Made by a program: the position numbers and the translations under genes. Positions 10,902 through 20,932 of a stretch of DNA of 64,000 nt are shown one piece after another. Where the stretch lies: the NCBI RefSeq assembly GCF_000142905.1, contig NW_013657650.1, positions 255,388 through 319,387 on the forward strand. The letters are read 5' to 3'. The notes beneath the pieces are model-generated. The model was given only the letters and a program-made list of their open reading frames with translations, did no database searches and had not been told where the DNA came from. Origin of the DNA: Thecamonas trahens ATCC 50062. Taxonomy: Eukaryota; Protista; Apusomonadida. Position 1 is the stretch's first letter; each line of letters opens with the position of its first letter.

Positions 10902-12116
10902 TCACAGACCTTTGAGAAACGCGAGTGCCTGCTTCCGCATGTTGGTTCGCGCCTTGCTTCGCATCTCGGTCTTCTCACTTGCGCTTGAGACCTCCAGCGC
11001 TGCCTCTTCTCGATCCACAAGCCGCCGCAGCGACGGTGACGCCGCCCGGCCGCCAGACGACGCCATACTGGCCGTCAGTGCCGTGGCAGGCGTGGCAGAG
11101 TGCGTGTCGCCCGGCGTCGCCGATAGTTTCCACCCAGACATCACCAGCCCGTCCAAGCTCGGCCGGTCGTCGCCGAGCAGCACCGGTGACGCAGACTCCT
11201 CCCGCACCGGCAGCACTGCAGCTGGCACCACCGCTCCCCGCGTCGCGCCCAGGGCCCGCTGCAGTTTTGGAGGCCGTTCTGACGAATGAGACCGGCCGGT
11301 CCGGAACACTTGCGAGGCCTTCATCAAGTTGAGTGGTACCAGATCATCGTCGTCGTCATCGTCGTTGTCGCCATCACTGTCGTTGTCAGCTCGTCGCTTT
11401 CTCGACGGCTTTGTCGACGAGAGAATGAGCAGCGGAGACGGATGAATGCCTGATAGTGCCCCGTGACCGCCATACCCGAGCCGACGTGGCGTCTGAAGCT
11501 CGGAAGATGCCCGTGAAACTGGCGGTGGCTGATGACGCCCGCCGCGCTGCCCGCTACCACCGCCGTCCTCTGGAACAAACAGCACGCCCGAGTCCTGGGA
11601 CGCCACCGCACCCTCGTCCAAGAGCAGCGGCGGCGGAGAGGTCGAGAGGCCGAGTCGCTCTAGCAGCCAGCCGTCACCCGGAAGCTCGAGCGGGCGATGG
11701 TAGAAAGTAAAGGTGATGAGATGGCAGGCCTCCTTGAGTTTGACACCGGCCTCGACATCGAGGTAGCGGCCAAAGGCAATCCAATCGCCCGACGACAGCC
11801 GCTCGCCTGGAGTTCGCACCCCGTTCACTGCAATGCCATTCATCGAGTTGGTGTCCTCGATCCGCCACACCACAAGCGGATCCTCCCCGCTCGCTCCGCG
11901 CTCGGCCACAAGCCGCGCGTGCCGCCGCGACATCAGGTTCCGCTCCGCCGTCCGCACCACCACGTCTGCCGACTTGAGCCGCCCCAGCACCGTCTCAGCC
12001 TTGGTCACGTGCACCAGCTGCACGGCCTGATCGTTGTCGCTGCCTTTGCCCTCGCCATTCTCGCGCCGCACAAGGTGCGCCACGCAGCCCTCGGTCTCGC
12101 ACGGGAACCCCCCCAT
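10902..12116 (-). CDS. FHA-domain protein with disordered C-terminus (start uncertain)
   Basis: VLGR...MSRRHARL...IEDTNSMNGIAVNG...LSSGDWIAFG (FHA G-R, S-x-x-H and N-G motifs); SRKRR NLS-like motif. Confidence 0.82.
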   Translation of the reverse strand: MGGFPCETEGCVAHLVRRENGEGKGSDNDQAVQLVHVTKAETVLGRLKSADVVVRTAERNLMSRRHARLVAERGASGEDPLVVWRIEDTNSMNGIAVNGVRTPGERLSSGDWIAFGRYLDVEAGVKLKEACHLITFTFYHRPLELPGDGWLLERLGLSTSPPPLLLDEGAVASQDSGVLFVPEDGGGSGQRGGRHQPPPVSRASSELQTPRRLGYGGHGALSGIHPSPLLILSSTKPSRKRRADNDSDGDNDDDDDDDLVPLNLMKASQVFRTGRSHSSERPPKLQRALGATRGAVVPAAVLPVREESASPVLLGDDRPSLDGLVMSGWKLSATPGDTHSATPATALTASMASSGGRAASPSLRRLVDREEAALEVSSASEKTEMRSKARTNMRKQALAFLKGL

Positions 12117-12387
12117 ACCTGCGCTCGGCCCTCCTGGCCTTGACGCTCTATTCTGCTGCCGCTCCTCGATCTCGTTGGCCTGCCTGCTGCCTGCTGCCGT
12201 CTGCCGTCTCAGACCTTGCAAGAGCAGTGCCCAGGGCTGTGGCTGTGACTGTGGCTGTGGCTGTGGCTGTGGCTGTGGCCGCCGTGGTTGAGGCCGCAGC
12301 AGGGCCAGGCCGCGGCGCGTCTGTCTCGCGCTCTCCCACCCCACCACTCTCCCCTCCCCTCCCCCTCCCCTTCCCTCCCCTCAACCT

Positions 12388-15300
12388 ATGCCACCACCCG
12401 CCTTCATGTTGGCCCTGGCCCTCGTGGCCTCTCTCCTGGTCTCGTCCGTGGCCCCTGTCGGTCTCTCCGTCCCGGCCACCGCCGCACCCGTCGCCGCCCG
12501 CTCGGCCACCCGCCTCCCCTTTGCCAGCATTGCACTGCATCCAGCGATGGCTCAATGCTCGACCTGCTTGACGGCTGCGGCGGTGGCGGCCAACCGCGCT
12601 GCTCTGGCTGCAACGGCGCTTGTGCCGGCAAATGCCTCGGCCATTACCATCGCCTCACCAGCCCAGGGGCCGCTGGTCATCGCCGCTGCTAGCGTTCCGT
12701 CCGCCGCTCCGCCGGACCCCACCTGGGGTGCCCATCCGCGCTCCGGCTCCGACCTCCTGCCAGCCACCTTTCATGCGCTTGCACCGGCCGAGCCGTCACT
12801 GCTCTGCGCACACTATCTCGTCGTTAATCCGGACGAGACCCGTCTCGACCCGGCCTCGCTTGTGCTGCCCGCCTCGGCCAACGTCACGCTTGTTCTCCGC
12901 GCCCGTGCGCTGCACGCATCGCCACTCTCGACCGCGAGTCTCACAAACACGCTTGCGTCTGCGGGCGCCCAGCCGGTGTTGCGGGTCTCGAACGCGTCGG
13001 CTCTCGCTCTCGCCGCCGATCCGGTGTACTCGAGTGCGAGCCGGCTGTGGACCATAGCTGTTGCGACTGGTCCCGGCCCAGCAAGTGTCCAGCTCACAGT
13101 TGGCCTCGACGTCGACATTCGTCTTGGCAGCTGTCCAGTCCTCCCGGCTGCCATCTCGGTCCTTGTTGCCTCGCCGCCAAACGCGACGGTCCCGACCGCG
13201 TCGCCGCTGCCGCTGCCTCCGCTGCCGCTTCTGGCGAGCCGAGTTGCGGTCGATCCGTGCCACACCTCGATGTTGGCTCTTGTCTCCAGCTCTTCACTAT
13301 TTGTCTCATTTGACTTTGGCACCTCGTGGCTGGCTGCCGCGAGTATTGGCGTGCCGGGCACATTCCTTGCTGCCGCCGACGTCACCGTTCGGCTGGTCGA
13401 CGGGTTTGTGGTGCTCGCAAGCGGCGGAAGCGTTCATATCTCCCGCGACCGGCTCGGTAGCCTGTCGTTTAACGCCTCTGTTTTTGTCGATCTCGGCGCC
13501 GCGGGTTCCTCGCTACTCTCGACTCCCTCCGAGTGCTTGCCGACCCGACTCCTGGCCCCTGCTGCATCCGCGCCTCCGTTCCCGTACCATGGCATTGTGG
13601 CTTCGCCTTCGGCGCTAGTTGAGCTATCACACGACGTTCGGGTCAATGCGCTTCATCCCTCGGTTCTTGCCGGACCGGTCAGTGACGTTGCAGTCTCGCC
13701 GGGTCATCGGGCGGTGGCTGTACTCGTTGCCCCGCGCATGCTTCGGCTCTGCAGCACTACCTCGGGAACCAACAGCTCGTTGTGCAGCATCGGCACGCTG
13801 CCACGGGCTGCGTCCAAGCTTGACTACTTTCCGTCGGGCGGAGCGCTGCTGGCCTACGGCGCGAGCTCGCTGCTTGTCTCGCGCGACCTCGGGCGCTCGT
13901 GGCGGGTCATGTTTGAAACGAGCTTGCCCGACAGCTGCGTGGCTGCCGTAATTGTATCGGATGTGCGGACGCCCGAGTATGTGGCGCTTGTCTCGGCTTC
14001 GTGCTCCTCACCTCGCGCGGTGGTTTCACTCTACTATGGATCGATGCTGTCAGAGACTCTTGCGTCAGCAGGTACGCTGCCGCCGTCTGCTCTTGCGGTG
14101 CACTTTAACGGCCCCGGCTCGCTACGCTACCTGATGGCCAGCGCGTCAGGCTCGCTCTCGGCCGCCTACGTGCCGCTGCTTGCGCTCACTGCTACCAACG
14201 TGAGTAGTCTTAGTGGCGAGCTGCCGCCGGCGTCTCTTGTTGCCAACGTCTCGACCGCGGGCCTGCCACTGGCTCGTGATGCAGGGCTTGTTGTTCTAAC
14301 GCTGCCTGGCTCGGCCGACGCGCTGGCACTTGTCGGCCCCGTCGGCTTGCCGCAACCTGCGCTGCCAGGCCTCGTGGCCGGACTGGCTGGTGCTGAGGTC
14401 GATGCCCTTGGCACTGGGCGCTACAGCATCGAGGTTGGCTCTGTCCACGAGGCGCTTGGCCTGCTTGTGGCACCTGCGCGCTGGCTCACACCGCCGGGCG
14501 GTGTGAGCATGGGTGACGGCCTGGCATGCTCTTTGCTCAGTCTCTCATTATCCGCATCTAGCTCTATTAGCTCCACGCCACTCGACGGGCTCTCGGGTGT
14601 CTGGGCCGGACGCAATCTGTACTCTGTCGACGCGACGGTCGAGCTGAGTGGATGCGCGAGTGCAACTCCGGCGCTTGCGCCTGGCGAGAGCCTCTGGCTC
14701 GATGGCGGAGCACGGGTGTTCCGCATCGAGCGGTTAGTCTCGTCGAATCGGGCCACCGGTAGGCTGGTGGGTACCAGCCCGACAGCTGTCAGTCTGGCGC
14801 TGGCCAACCAAACAGTCTCGGCCAGTGTTGTCCGTCACGTCAAGACTCCAGCCTGGCGGAAAGCGCCTGACGTGGCTGGCGAGACGAGCGCGGCAGTGAC
14901 GCTTGCTTGCCTCGCTGAGAACGAGGTCGGCAGTGTTCTTTCGGTTGCGCCGTCGCTGCCAACACTCGCAGCGTCGCGGCGCGGGATGCTCTTCGCCAAC
15001 GCGGTCGGGGTCCTGCTGGCGGCTGACCGCGTGGCGGTGGCAGGCAGAGGCGGATGCGGGCGTGTTCAGACTGGGACGCCACTGGCGGCAGGAACGGACT
15101 GGACGGCTGTTGACATTGAGGCTGGTGTTCTCGCTGCAGCTGCGCCGCGGTTTCCTACCCGCGCTGCAGCCGAGTGTACAGCGACGACTGGCCGGCGTGC
15201 GGTGGTGCTGGGCGGGCAGGATGTCGAGTTGCACACACCGCGGGCCAAGGCTGTGGTACTGGACCGGGCCGACTCGATGGACATCAACACGACGACAAGC

Positions 15301-16200
15301 GCCGTCAGCCGCGGCTGCTGGTCGGTGGCCGGTGGGTTGTGGACAGCGAGCCTGAGTGTGACGGCGCGTCAAGCCGGAGCCTTTGCAGCTGCACCGCTGT
15401 CGACAGGCGTCGAGGGCCTCGTTCTCCTGCGGGCTGGCGGCGGGCCGCAGCTGGCGTGTGGGACGACCAGCGGCGGAACGTGGATTGTTACTGGATGCTC
15501 GATCTCAAAGCGGTTGGAAATGCGGCTGAGCGAGTCTGCAGAGGCCATGATGGCCGGCACCGTTGATGTGCACACTTTGCCGGTCAACTATCGGCCGCCG
15601 TCGCGGCTTGGCAAGGGCATCCCGATTTCGGCCTACATTTACCACGGCGACCCGAGCGCACCACGGCATCGGAACGAGTTTGGCGTCTCGAAGCGCAGCG
15701 GGCGGTATCAGCGATGTGCCGGCGCGAGTTCGCGGTCTGGGTGCCGGTGCAGTCGCCGGGAGCTGTTTGCGCCAGCTGCCGACGCCACCGACTGCCTCGC
15801 GGTCGCGCCGACGGTGCTTTTTGCAAACCGGTTTATCCCGGCGTTTGGCCTCGTTCAAGAGGGCCTCGCCGAGGTGAGCTATCTTGGGCGGTACGAGATC
15901 CGCGAGCTCAACAACCGGAGCGACTGGTGCACGAACTCATCGGCGTGTGACGACCGCTCGGTATACCAGATGACCGCAGGTGCACTCGACGCGCTAGTGT
16001 GGGGCGGCGACGAGCTGTTCCATTTTGAGGTCCGCGCCCTTGACCCCTCGTTCTGCTCGCTCACAGCCGAGTTTACGCTTTGGGTGGACAAGCCGCCGAT
16101 CCAGTTCCTCGAACTGTGGGCGGTCATCACGCTTACGCTCGTGGCGATGGCCCTTGGCCTCCTGGGTCTCTACGGTCTGCACAAGTGGCGGCTGGGATAG
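12388..16200 (+). CDS. CATSPERB: CatSper channel auxiliary subunit beta homolog
   Basis: Signal peptide; C-terminal TLPVNYRPPSRLGKGIPISAYIYHGDPSAP...GRYQRCAG...C.C; ELNNRSDW; GDELFHFEV...FCSL..EFTLWVDKPP followed by a single TM; closely resembles the CATSPERB C-terminal region as recalled. Confidence 0.88.
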   Translation: MPPPAFMLALALVASLLVSSVAPVGLSVPATAAPVAARSATRLPFASIALHPAMAQCSTCLTAAAVAANRAALAATALVPANASAITIASPAQGPLVIAAASVPSAAPPDPTWGAHPRSGSDLLPATFHALAPAEPSLLCAHYLVVNPDETRLDPASLVLPASANVTLVLRARALHASPLSTASLTNTLASAGAQPVLRVSNASALALAADPVYSSASRLWTIAVATGPGPASVQLTVGLDVDIRLGSCPVLPAAISVLVASPPNATVPTASPLPLPPLPLLASRVAVDPCHTSMLALVSSSSLFVSFDFGTSWLAAASIGVPGTFLAAADVTVRLVDGFVVLASGGSVHISRDRLGSLSFNASVFVDLGAAGSSLLSTPSECLPTRLLAPAASAPPFPYHGIVASPSALVELSHDVRVNALHPSVLAGPVSDVAVSPGHRAVAVLVAPRMLRLCSTTSGTNSSLCSIGTLPRAASKLDYFPSGGALLAYGASSLLVSRDLGRSWRVMFETSLPDSCVAAVIVSDVRTPEYVALVSASCSSPRAVVSLYYGSMLSETLASAGTLPPSALAVHFNGPGSLRYLMASASGSLSAAYVPLLALTATNVSSLSGELPPASLVANVSTAGLPLARDAGLVVLTLPGSADALALVGPVGLPQPALPGLVAGLAGAEVDALGTGRYSIEVGSVHEALGLLVAPARWLTPPGGVSMGDGLACSLLSLSLSASSSISSTPLDGLSGVWAGRNLYSVDATVELSGCASATPALAPGESLWLDGGARVFRIERLVSSNRATGRLVGTSPTAVSLALANQTVSASVVRHVKTPAWRKAPDVAGETSAAVTLACLAENEVGSVLSVAPSLPTLAASRRGMLFANAVGVLLAADRVAVAGRGGCGRVQTGTPLAAGTDWTAVDIEAGVLAAAAPRFPTRAAAECTATTGRRAVVLGGQDVELHTPRAKAVVLDRADSMDINTTTSAVSRGCWSVAGGLWTASLSVTARQAGAFAAAPLSTGVEGLVLLRAGGGPQLACGTTSGGTWIVTGCSISKRLEMRLSESAEAMMAGTVDVHTLPVNYRPPSRLGKGIPISAYIYHGDPSAPRHRNEFGVSKRSGRYQRCAGASSRSGCRCSRRELFAPAADATDCLAVAPTVLFANRFIPAFGLVQEGLAEVSYLGRYEIRELNNRSDWCTNSSACDDRSVYQMTAGALDALVWGGDELFHFEVRALDPSFCSLTAEFTLWVDKPPIQFLELWAVITLTLVAMALGLLGLYGLHKWRLG

Positions 16201-16255
16201 GTGCTCCCGCTTGCCATGCTCGGCTCACGCTCAGCTCACGCTCGCTTGCCATTCC

Positions 16256-16900
16256 TCACGTAAAGATCCGCATCATTCGCTCTATCGGCGTCCGGCAGAC
16301 CGGACACGTCCCGAGCTCCGCCGTCGCGCACGCGCCGCACAGCGCCTGGTGGCCGCACGGCACGCAGGCAAAGGCCCGCTCCGCATCGAGGCAGATGACG
16401 CACAGCGCCGAGTCCTCGTCGCCACTGCCGCCGCTGGCGCCGCTCCCGCTGGCTGCCTGCTGCCTGCTCGCCTGCGCCCGTGCCCGCAGCGTGTCGACCG
16501 TCACCGGCGCGCCGGCCTTGCGCATGGCGACGAGGGCAGCCATGCCCTCGCCGATAGAGACCTCGCCCTCGGCCGCCAGCTGCGCCACCAGCTGAGCATC
16601 ATCGCGGCGAATGCCGCCGAGATTGGCCGGCGGCGGCGACGGGGGCCGTGCAGCAGCAGCAGCGCTCCCGGCGGCAGCACCGGTGGCCAGGAGGCAGACC
16701 TCGGCCTCAAGACAGGCGCACAGAATGCGCCTGCGCTGCGGGCTCCCGACGTCGTGGCCGGCATGGCAGGCAGCGGCACACGCCATACACAGCGCCAGCT
16801 CGCCTTCCAGCCCACACGTGGCACACTCCACCGCCTTCTGTAACGCATACTCACAGCCTGCGCCTCGAGTGCACAAGCTTCCTCCCGCATCCCCGTCCAT
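16256..16900 (-). CDS. Small zf-UBR (UBR7-type) + C3HC4 RING protein, putative E3 ligase
   Basis: CT..Q...ECATC..LCMACAAACHAGH..CAC; C-terminal CVICLD..CVPCGHQALCGAC..CPVCR..IF. Confidence 0.82.
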   Translation of the reverse strand: MDGDAGGSLCTRGAGCEYALQKAVECATCGLEGELALCMACAAACHAGHDVGSPQRRRILCACLEAEVCLLATGAAAGSAAAAARPPSPPPANLGGIRRDDAQLVAQLAAEGEVSIGEGMAALVAMRKAGAPVTVDTLRARAQASRQQAASGSGASGGSGDEDSALCVICLDAERAFACVPCGHQALCGACATAELGTCPVCRTPIERMMRIFT

Positions 16901-17520
16901 CGCTCTCGGGTCGGCTGCCTGGCTTTGCTAGCTTGCGCCAAGTGCCGACTCTCCGTGGCCGACCCGACCAGTCACCGGCCGGCGATCACGCCACCGCCAC
17001 CGGCCCACTCCACCTCTCCCGCCCCACTCCACCTCCCCCGCCCAACCTCCCCCATCCCTGCACATAGTCATCCCGCCGCGGCACAACTCACCGAGGACTA
17101 ACCAAAAAGATCATGGGGAGACAACCCCACATGATGCTTGCAAACGCGCGTAACTAATTCCGGTTCGAACTGTTTTANNNNNNNNNNNNNNNNNNNNNNN
17201 NNNNNNNNNNNNNNNNNNNNNNNNNNNNNNNNNNNNNNNNNNNNNNNNNNNNNNNNNNNNNNNNNNNNNNNNNNNNNNNNNNNNNNNNNNNNNNNNNNNN
17301 NNNNNNNNNNNNNNNNNNNNNNNNNNNNNNNNNNNNNNNNNNNNNNNNNNNNNNNNNNNNNNNNNNNNNNNNNNNNNNNNNNNNNNNNNNNNNNNNNNNN
17401 NNNNNNNNNNNNNNNNNNNNNNNNNNNNNNNNNNNNNNNNNNNNNNNNNNNNNNNNNNNNNNNNNNNNNNNNNNNNNNNNNNNNNTTTCCCCCCCCCCCC
17501 ACCCACACACACAAGCACTC

Positions 17521-19206
17521 ATGGCAGACGAATCACAGCCGTCGACGCCGCCCACCCCAGAGGGCTACTACTCGGTCCTCGTCCCGCCGCAGCCGTTCTC
17601 GCCGGCGCTCCCAGGCGAGGCAACGGCTCTCACCGCCGACTTCCCCGGCCCGGCCTCTGCCACACCGCGGTCGCCGGCCTCCAGCTCCCGGCCGTCAAGC
17701 AGCTCGAGCAGCTCGAGCAGCTCGAGCTCGAGCTCCAGCAGCGGGAGTTCTGCTGAAGGCCCGGGCTCGGACGCGGGGGATGAGGCCGGGCTCCTGGGCC
17801 TGGACGGCGCGGTGGCGGTGGCGGTCCCGCCGGCGGACGCCATGTCGGTCTCCTCGGTGGCGTCGTCTGCTGTGACGAATCCTGCATCCGAGCTTGCACT
17901 GACGACGCGGCTGTCACGGTCGCGGTCGCAGTCGCCGCCGCTTGTGCTGCCGCCGCTGGCACTGCCGTCGCTCTCGCCGGGCTCGCCCAACGGGTCGGGC
18001 GCCGACACAACGGGCCGGTCGTTTGGGTCGGACCCGTCGACTGAGCCGTCGATGCGGGCATGGTCCGAGATGGCGTCTTCCGATGGCGAGGAGGTGGCTG
18101 CTGCCAACAGCGCGCTTGTTCTACACGGCGTGCGCGGGTCGCGGTCCGAGGCCGAGGCGTCGGACGCTGGCGAGCTCGACGTCTTTGCCATTTATTCACG
18201 CAAGCACCTTGTCGAACTGCTCCACGGAGCGCTTGTGGAGCAAGCCGAGCTCGAGGCCGAGTCTGTCAAACTCCAGCACAACGTGGCCATGTACTACCGC
18301 GAGAACGAGTCTGCCGAGAAGATCAACCAGGAGGCGTCGTCGATTGTCTCGACCTCTGACCACGAGCAGACGTACCAGTCGGCCATGGAGTCGCTGAAGC
18401 AGGTCCGCGAGCAGATGGAGCGCGAACAGGCGGCGTACGACGCGCAGATCGAGGAGATTGAGGCCGAGCTGGCCGCCAAGCGCGCCGACGAGGCGCGGCT
18501 CCGCCGGCAGTTTGACGAGAACAAGCGCGAGATCGCCCGCGCCTCGCAGCACTCGCGCAAGGGCACCCACATGCCGAGTAAGCTCATCCAGTTTTACGAG
18601 CGGCGGCAGCTGGCCAAGAACAAGGACGTCTCCTCAGTCCGCCTCGTCAACATCAAGCTCTCGCACAAGAAAGACGCGCTGCAGGCGCAGATCGAGGCCA
18701 TGGAGAAGGAGAACGGTCTGCACCTCATCGACTTTGAGCAGAAGAAGATCGAGAACCAGACGTACAACGACAAGCTTGACGAGCGCGCCTCGGAGCTTTC
18801 GCGCCTCCACCGGAAGCAGACGACCACCGTCCAGATTCTGACTCACATCAAGGAAAAGTTGGCGTACGTGGTCTCGGAAAACGCGCTCCTCCGCGAGGAG
18901 GTCACCCGTGTCGGCAAGGAGGTTGCCGCCTCGCGGGCGCGGCTCTCCAAGCTCAAGTCGCGCCGCGACACCCTGCGGACCGCACACACCCATCTCAAGG
19001 ACAAGGCCGGCCTAGTCGGCGACTATGCTCTGCTGCGTGACTTTGAGAAGCGCGCAGCGTCGGCGGCCGACCTGCAGAACCAGCTCGCCGACCTCAAGGA
19101 GCGCCACCAGGCGCTGCAGCGCGCCACCGCTCGCTGCAAGGCCAAGCAAAAGGCCTTCCTCGCCCAAATGCAGGCCGAAATGATCGGGGCGCACCCGCGT
19201 CGCTGA
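17521..19206 (+). CDS. CCDC96: Cilia/flagella coiled-coil protein CCDC96 (CFAP184, DUF4201)
   Basis: GLHLIDFEQKKIENQTYNDKLDERASEL, VQILTHIKEKL, LLRDFE; Ser/Pro-rich N-terminus. Confidence 0.9.
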   Translation: MADESQPSTPPTPEGYYSVLVPPQPFSPALPGEATALTADFPGPASATPRSPASSSRPSSSSSSSSSSSSSSSSGSSAEGPGSDAGDEAGLLGLDGAVAVAVPPADAMSVSSVASSAVTNPASELALTTRLSRSRSQSPPLVLPPLALPSLSPGSPNGSGADTTGRSFGSDPSTEPSMRAWSEMASSDGEEVAAANSALVLHGVRGSRSEAEASDAGELDVFAIYSRKHLVELLHGALVEQAELEAESVKLQHNVAMYYRENESAEKINQEASSIVSTSDHEQTYQSAMESLKQVREQMEREQAAYDAQIEEIEAELAAKRADEARLRRQFDENKREIARASQHSRKGTHMPSKLIQFYERRQLAKNKDVSSVRLVNIKLSHKKDALQAQIEAMEKENGLHLIDFEQKKIENQTYNDKLDERASELSRLHRKQTTTVQILTHIKEKLAYVVSENALLREEVTRVGKEVAASRARLSKLKSRRDTLRTAHTHLKDKAGLVGDYALLRDFEKRAASAADLQNQLADLKERHQALQRATARCKAKQKAFLAQMQAEMIGAHPRR

Positions 19207-19234
19207 GAACAACAGCACCGCAGTAAAAGGATGA

Positions 19235-20386
19235 TCAGTTGCCGCCGTTGCCTACGGCCGGCGCGTACACGGCGGCAGCAAAGACAAAGTTGCCGACGTT
19301 GATCGGCGTCGTAGCCACTTCGGTTCCGGTCGCGGCGTCGAGATCAAACATGACGCCCTTGGAGAGGACGTGAATCGTCGACGACTCGGGGCCCACACAC
19401 GCCATCGACGGCACCAGCGGAATCGCCGGCGAGCTCAGCGGCGTCTGGATCTCGAGCGTGTACGGGTCGACAATGGCGAGCGTCGGCGGGAGCGACGATC
19501 CATTGCGTGCCAGGTAGCCGACAAACGTTTCGAGCTTAGGCACGTGCACAACCCACAGCGGGTGGAGCTCGCGAGCTGCTTTGCGCTCGTCGACGTGGAG
19601 CGTCCGACTTGTCACGTTGCCTGCCGACGTAACATCGACCGCCCAGTACACATACAGGTCAGGGGAGAGAACGAGGCCAAAGGCGACTGTCCCGTTGCCC
19701 GGCGCCGCCACCACCGCTGCTGCACCGCGCGGATCAGCCACGCCGTGCGGCAGCGGCGCGGCCTTCAGCTCGACCTCGAGCGCCGTGCCAAACTTGGGTG
19801 CATCGCCGGCCGAGGTCACAATCCGCAGCCGCGGCGGGGCGTCTGGCCGCGTGTCGACCGCCACCCCGACCAGCACGCCCGACGCCGGCTCGACCGCGAG
19901 CGCCAGAAGCAGCTCGTGCGCCGTGTTGAGAAAGGCAACGCCGACGTCAGTATTGGCATACCCGACCACCACCGTAAAGTTGCTGGTGGCAGGGAGAAAG
20001 CCGCCAAGCAGCGCGTACGAGTTGAGCGTCAGCGAGTTGACCGCCAGCGAGTACGTCCGCAGCTGCGAGAAGAGGCCCGGATACGCCGCCGCCTGCGCCA
20101 CCGCCCCAGTCGCCGGATTCACCCGCGCCAGCGCATTGTCGTACCACCGCACATGCTTGCTCAGCGAGTGCTCCGCATATCCGGCCGCGTAGATATGCGC
20201 CGCCTTGCTCTCGTCCGGCCCTCCACCCACCGCCTCCACCGACCCGTCCGCCGCTGTCGCTGCCACGCCCACCACGCCCACCACGCCCACCGCCACCGCC
20301 ACCGTGCCCACCACCACCGCCCACCACCATGCCACGCTCGCCCGTCGACTCTGCCGCCCCATCCACAGCCCACTATCCATCGCCAT
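19235..20386 (-). CDS. Secreted or signal-anchored beta-rich hypothetical protein (start uncertain)
   Basis: Hydrophobic WWWAVVVGTVAVAVGVVGVV leader, then propeller-like blades (ARVNPATGAV, AVEPASGVL, AIVDPYTLEI, DLDAATGTEV). Confidence 0.6.
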   Translation of the reverse strand: MAMDSGLWMGRQSRRASVAWWWAVVVGTVAVAVGVVGVVGVAATAADGSVEAVGGGPDESKAAHIYAAGYAEHSLSKHVRWYDNALARVNPATGAVAQAAAYPGLFSQLRTYSLAVNSLTLNSYALLGGFLPATSNFTVVVGYANTDVGVAFLNTAHELLLALAVEPASGVLVGVAVDTRPDAPPRLRIVTSAGDAPKFGTALEVELKAAPLPHGVADPRGAAAVVAAPGNGTVAFGLVLSPDLYVYWAVDVTSAGNVTSRTLHVDERKAARELHPLWVVHVPKLETFVGYLARNGSSLPPTLAIVDPYTLEIQTPLSSPAIPLVPSMACVGPESSTIHVLSKGVMFDLDAATGTEVATTPINVGNFVFAAAVYAPAVGNGGN

Positions 20387-20932
20387 TGACCTCGCAGACG
20401 AGACGGAAGCTGCTGCTGACGAGCCAAGTGTGACTTGTGGGCCAGGGGGGGCCACGGCGCCCGTGTGACCTGAGGGCGAGATGGCCACCCCTGGCCGGCT
20501 CCGGGCCCACCACCCAGCCGGCACGCCGCCGCCAGTGGCAGCTGGCACCGCTTCTGCTGTCACTCTCTGACCGAACACTGGCCGAACACCGCCGCCACCC
20601 CGGCACGGCTGCCCTACCGTCTGCTGCTGGCTATCCTCCCCTCCGGCATGTCCCATGCCCTCTGGCCTTGCTTCTGCCTTTCTCACTCCTACTGCCGGCC
20701 CCGCATCCCCTATTCCAGGCGTGTACAGCCGCTGCGCCCCACGGATTCCCCCGCTGTCGGCGTGGCACTGCTTCAGAAGAATCTTCCGCAACCGGTTTTT
20801 GCGCGCCAAACTGGCGGGCTCACGTCCCGGGCGGGCAGGCACCGCACTCGGCCTGCCACCTCTCCTCACATCCCTCATTTCCCACTCCCCGCGTGCCCCA
20901 CATTGTCTGCCCCCGCTCGGTTGTTGTTGCTC

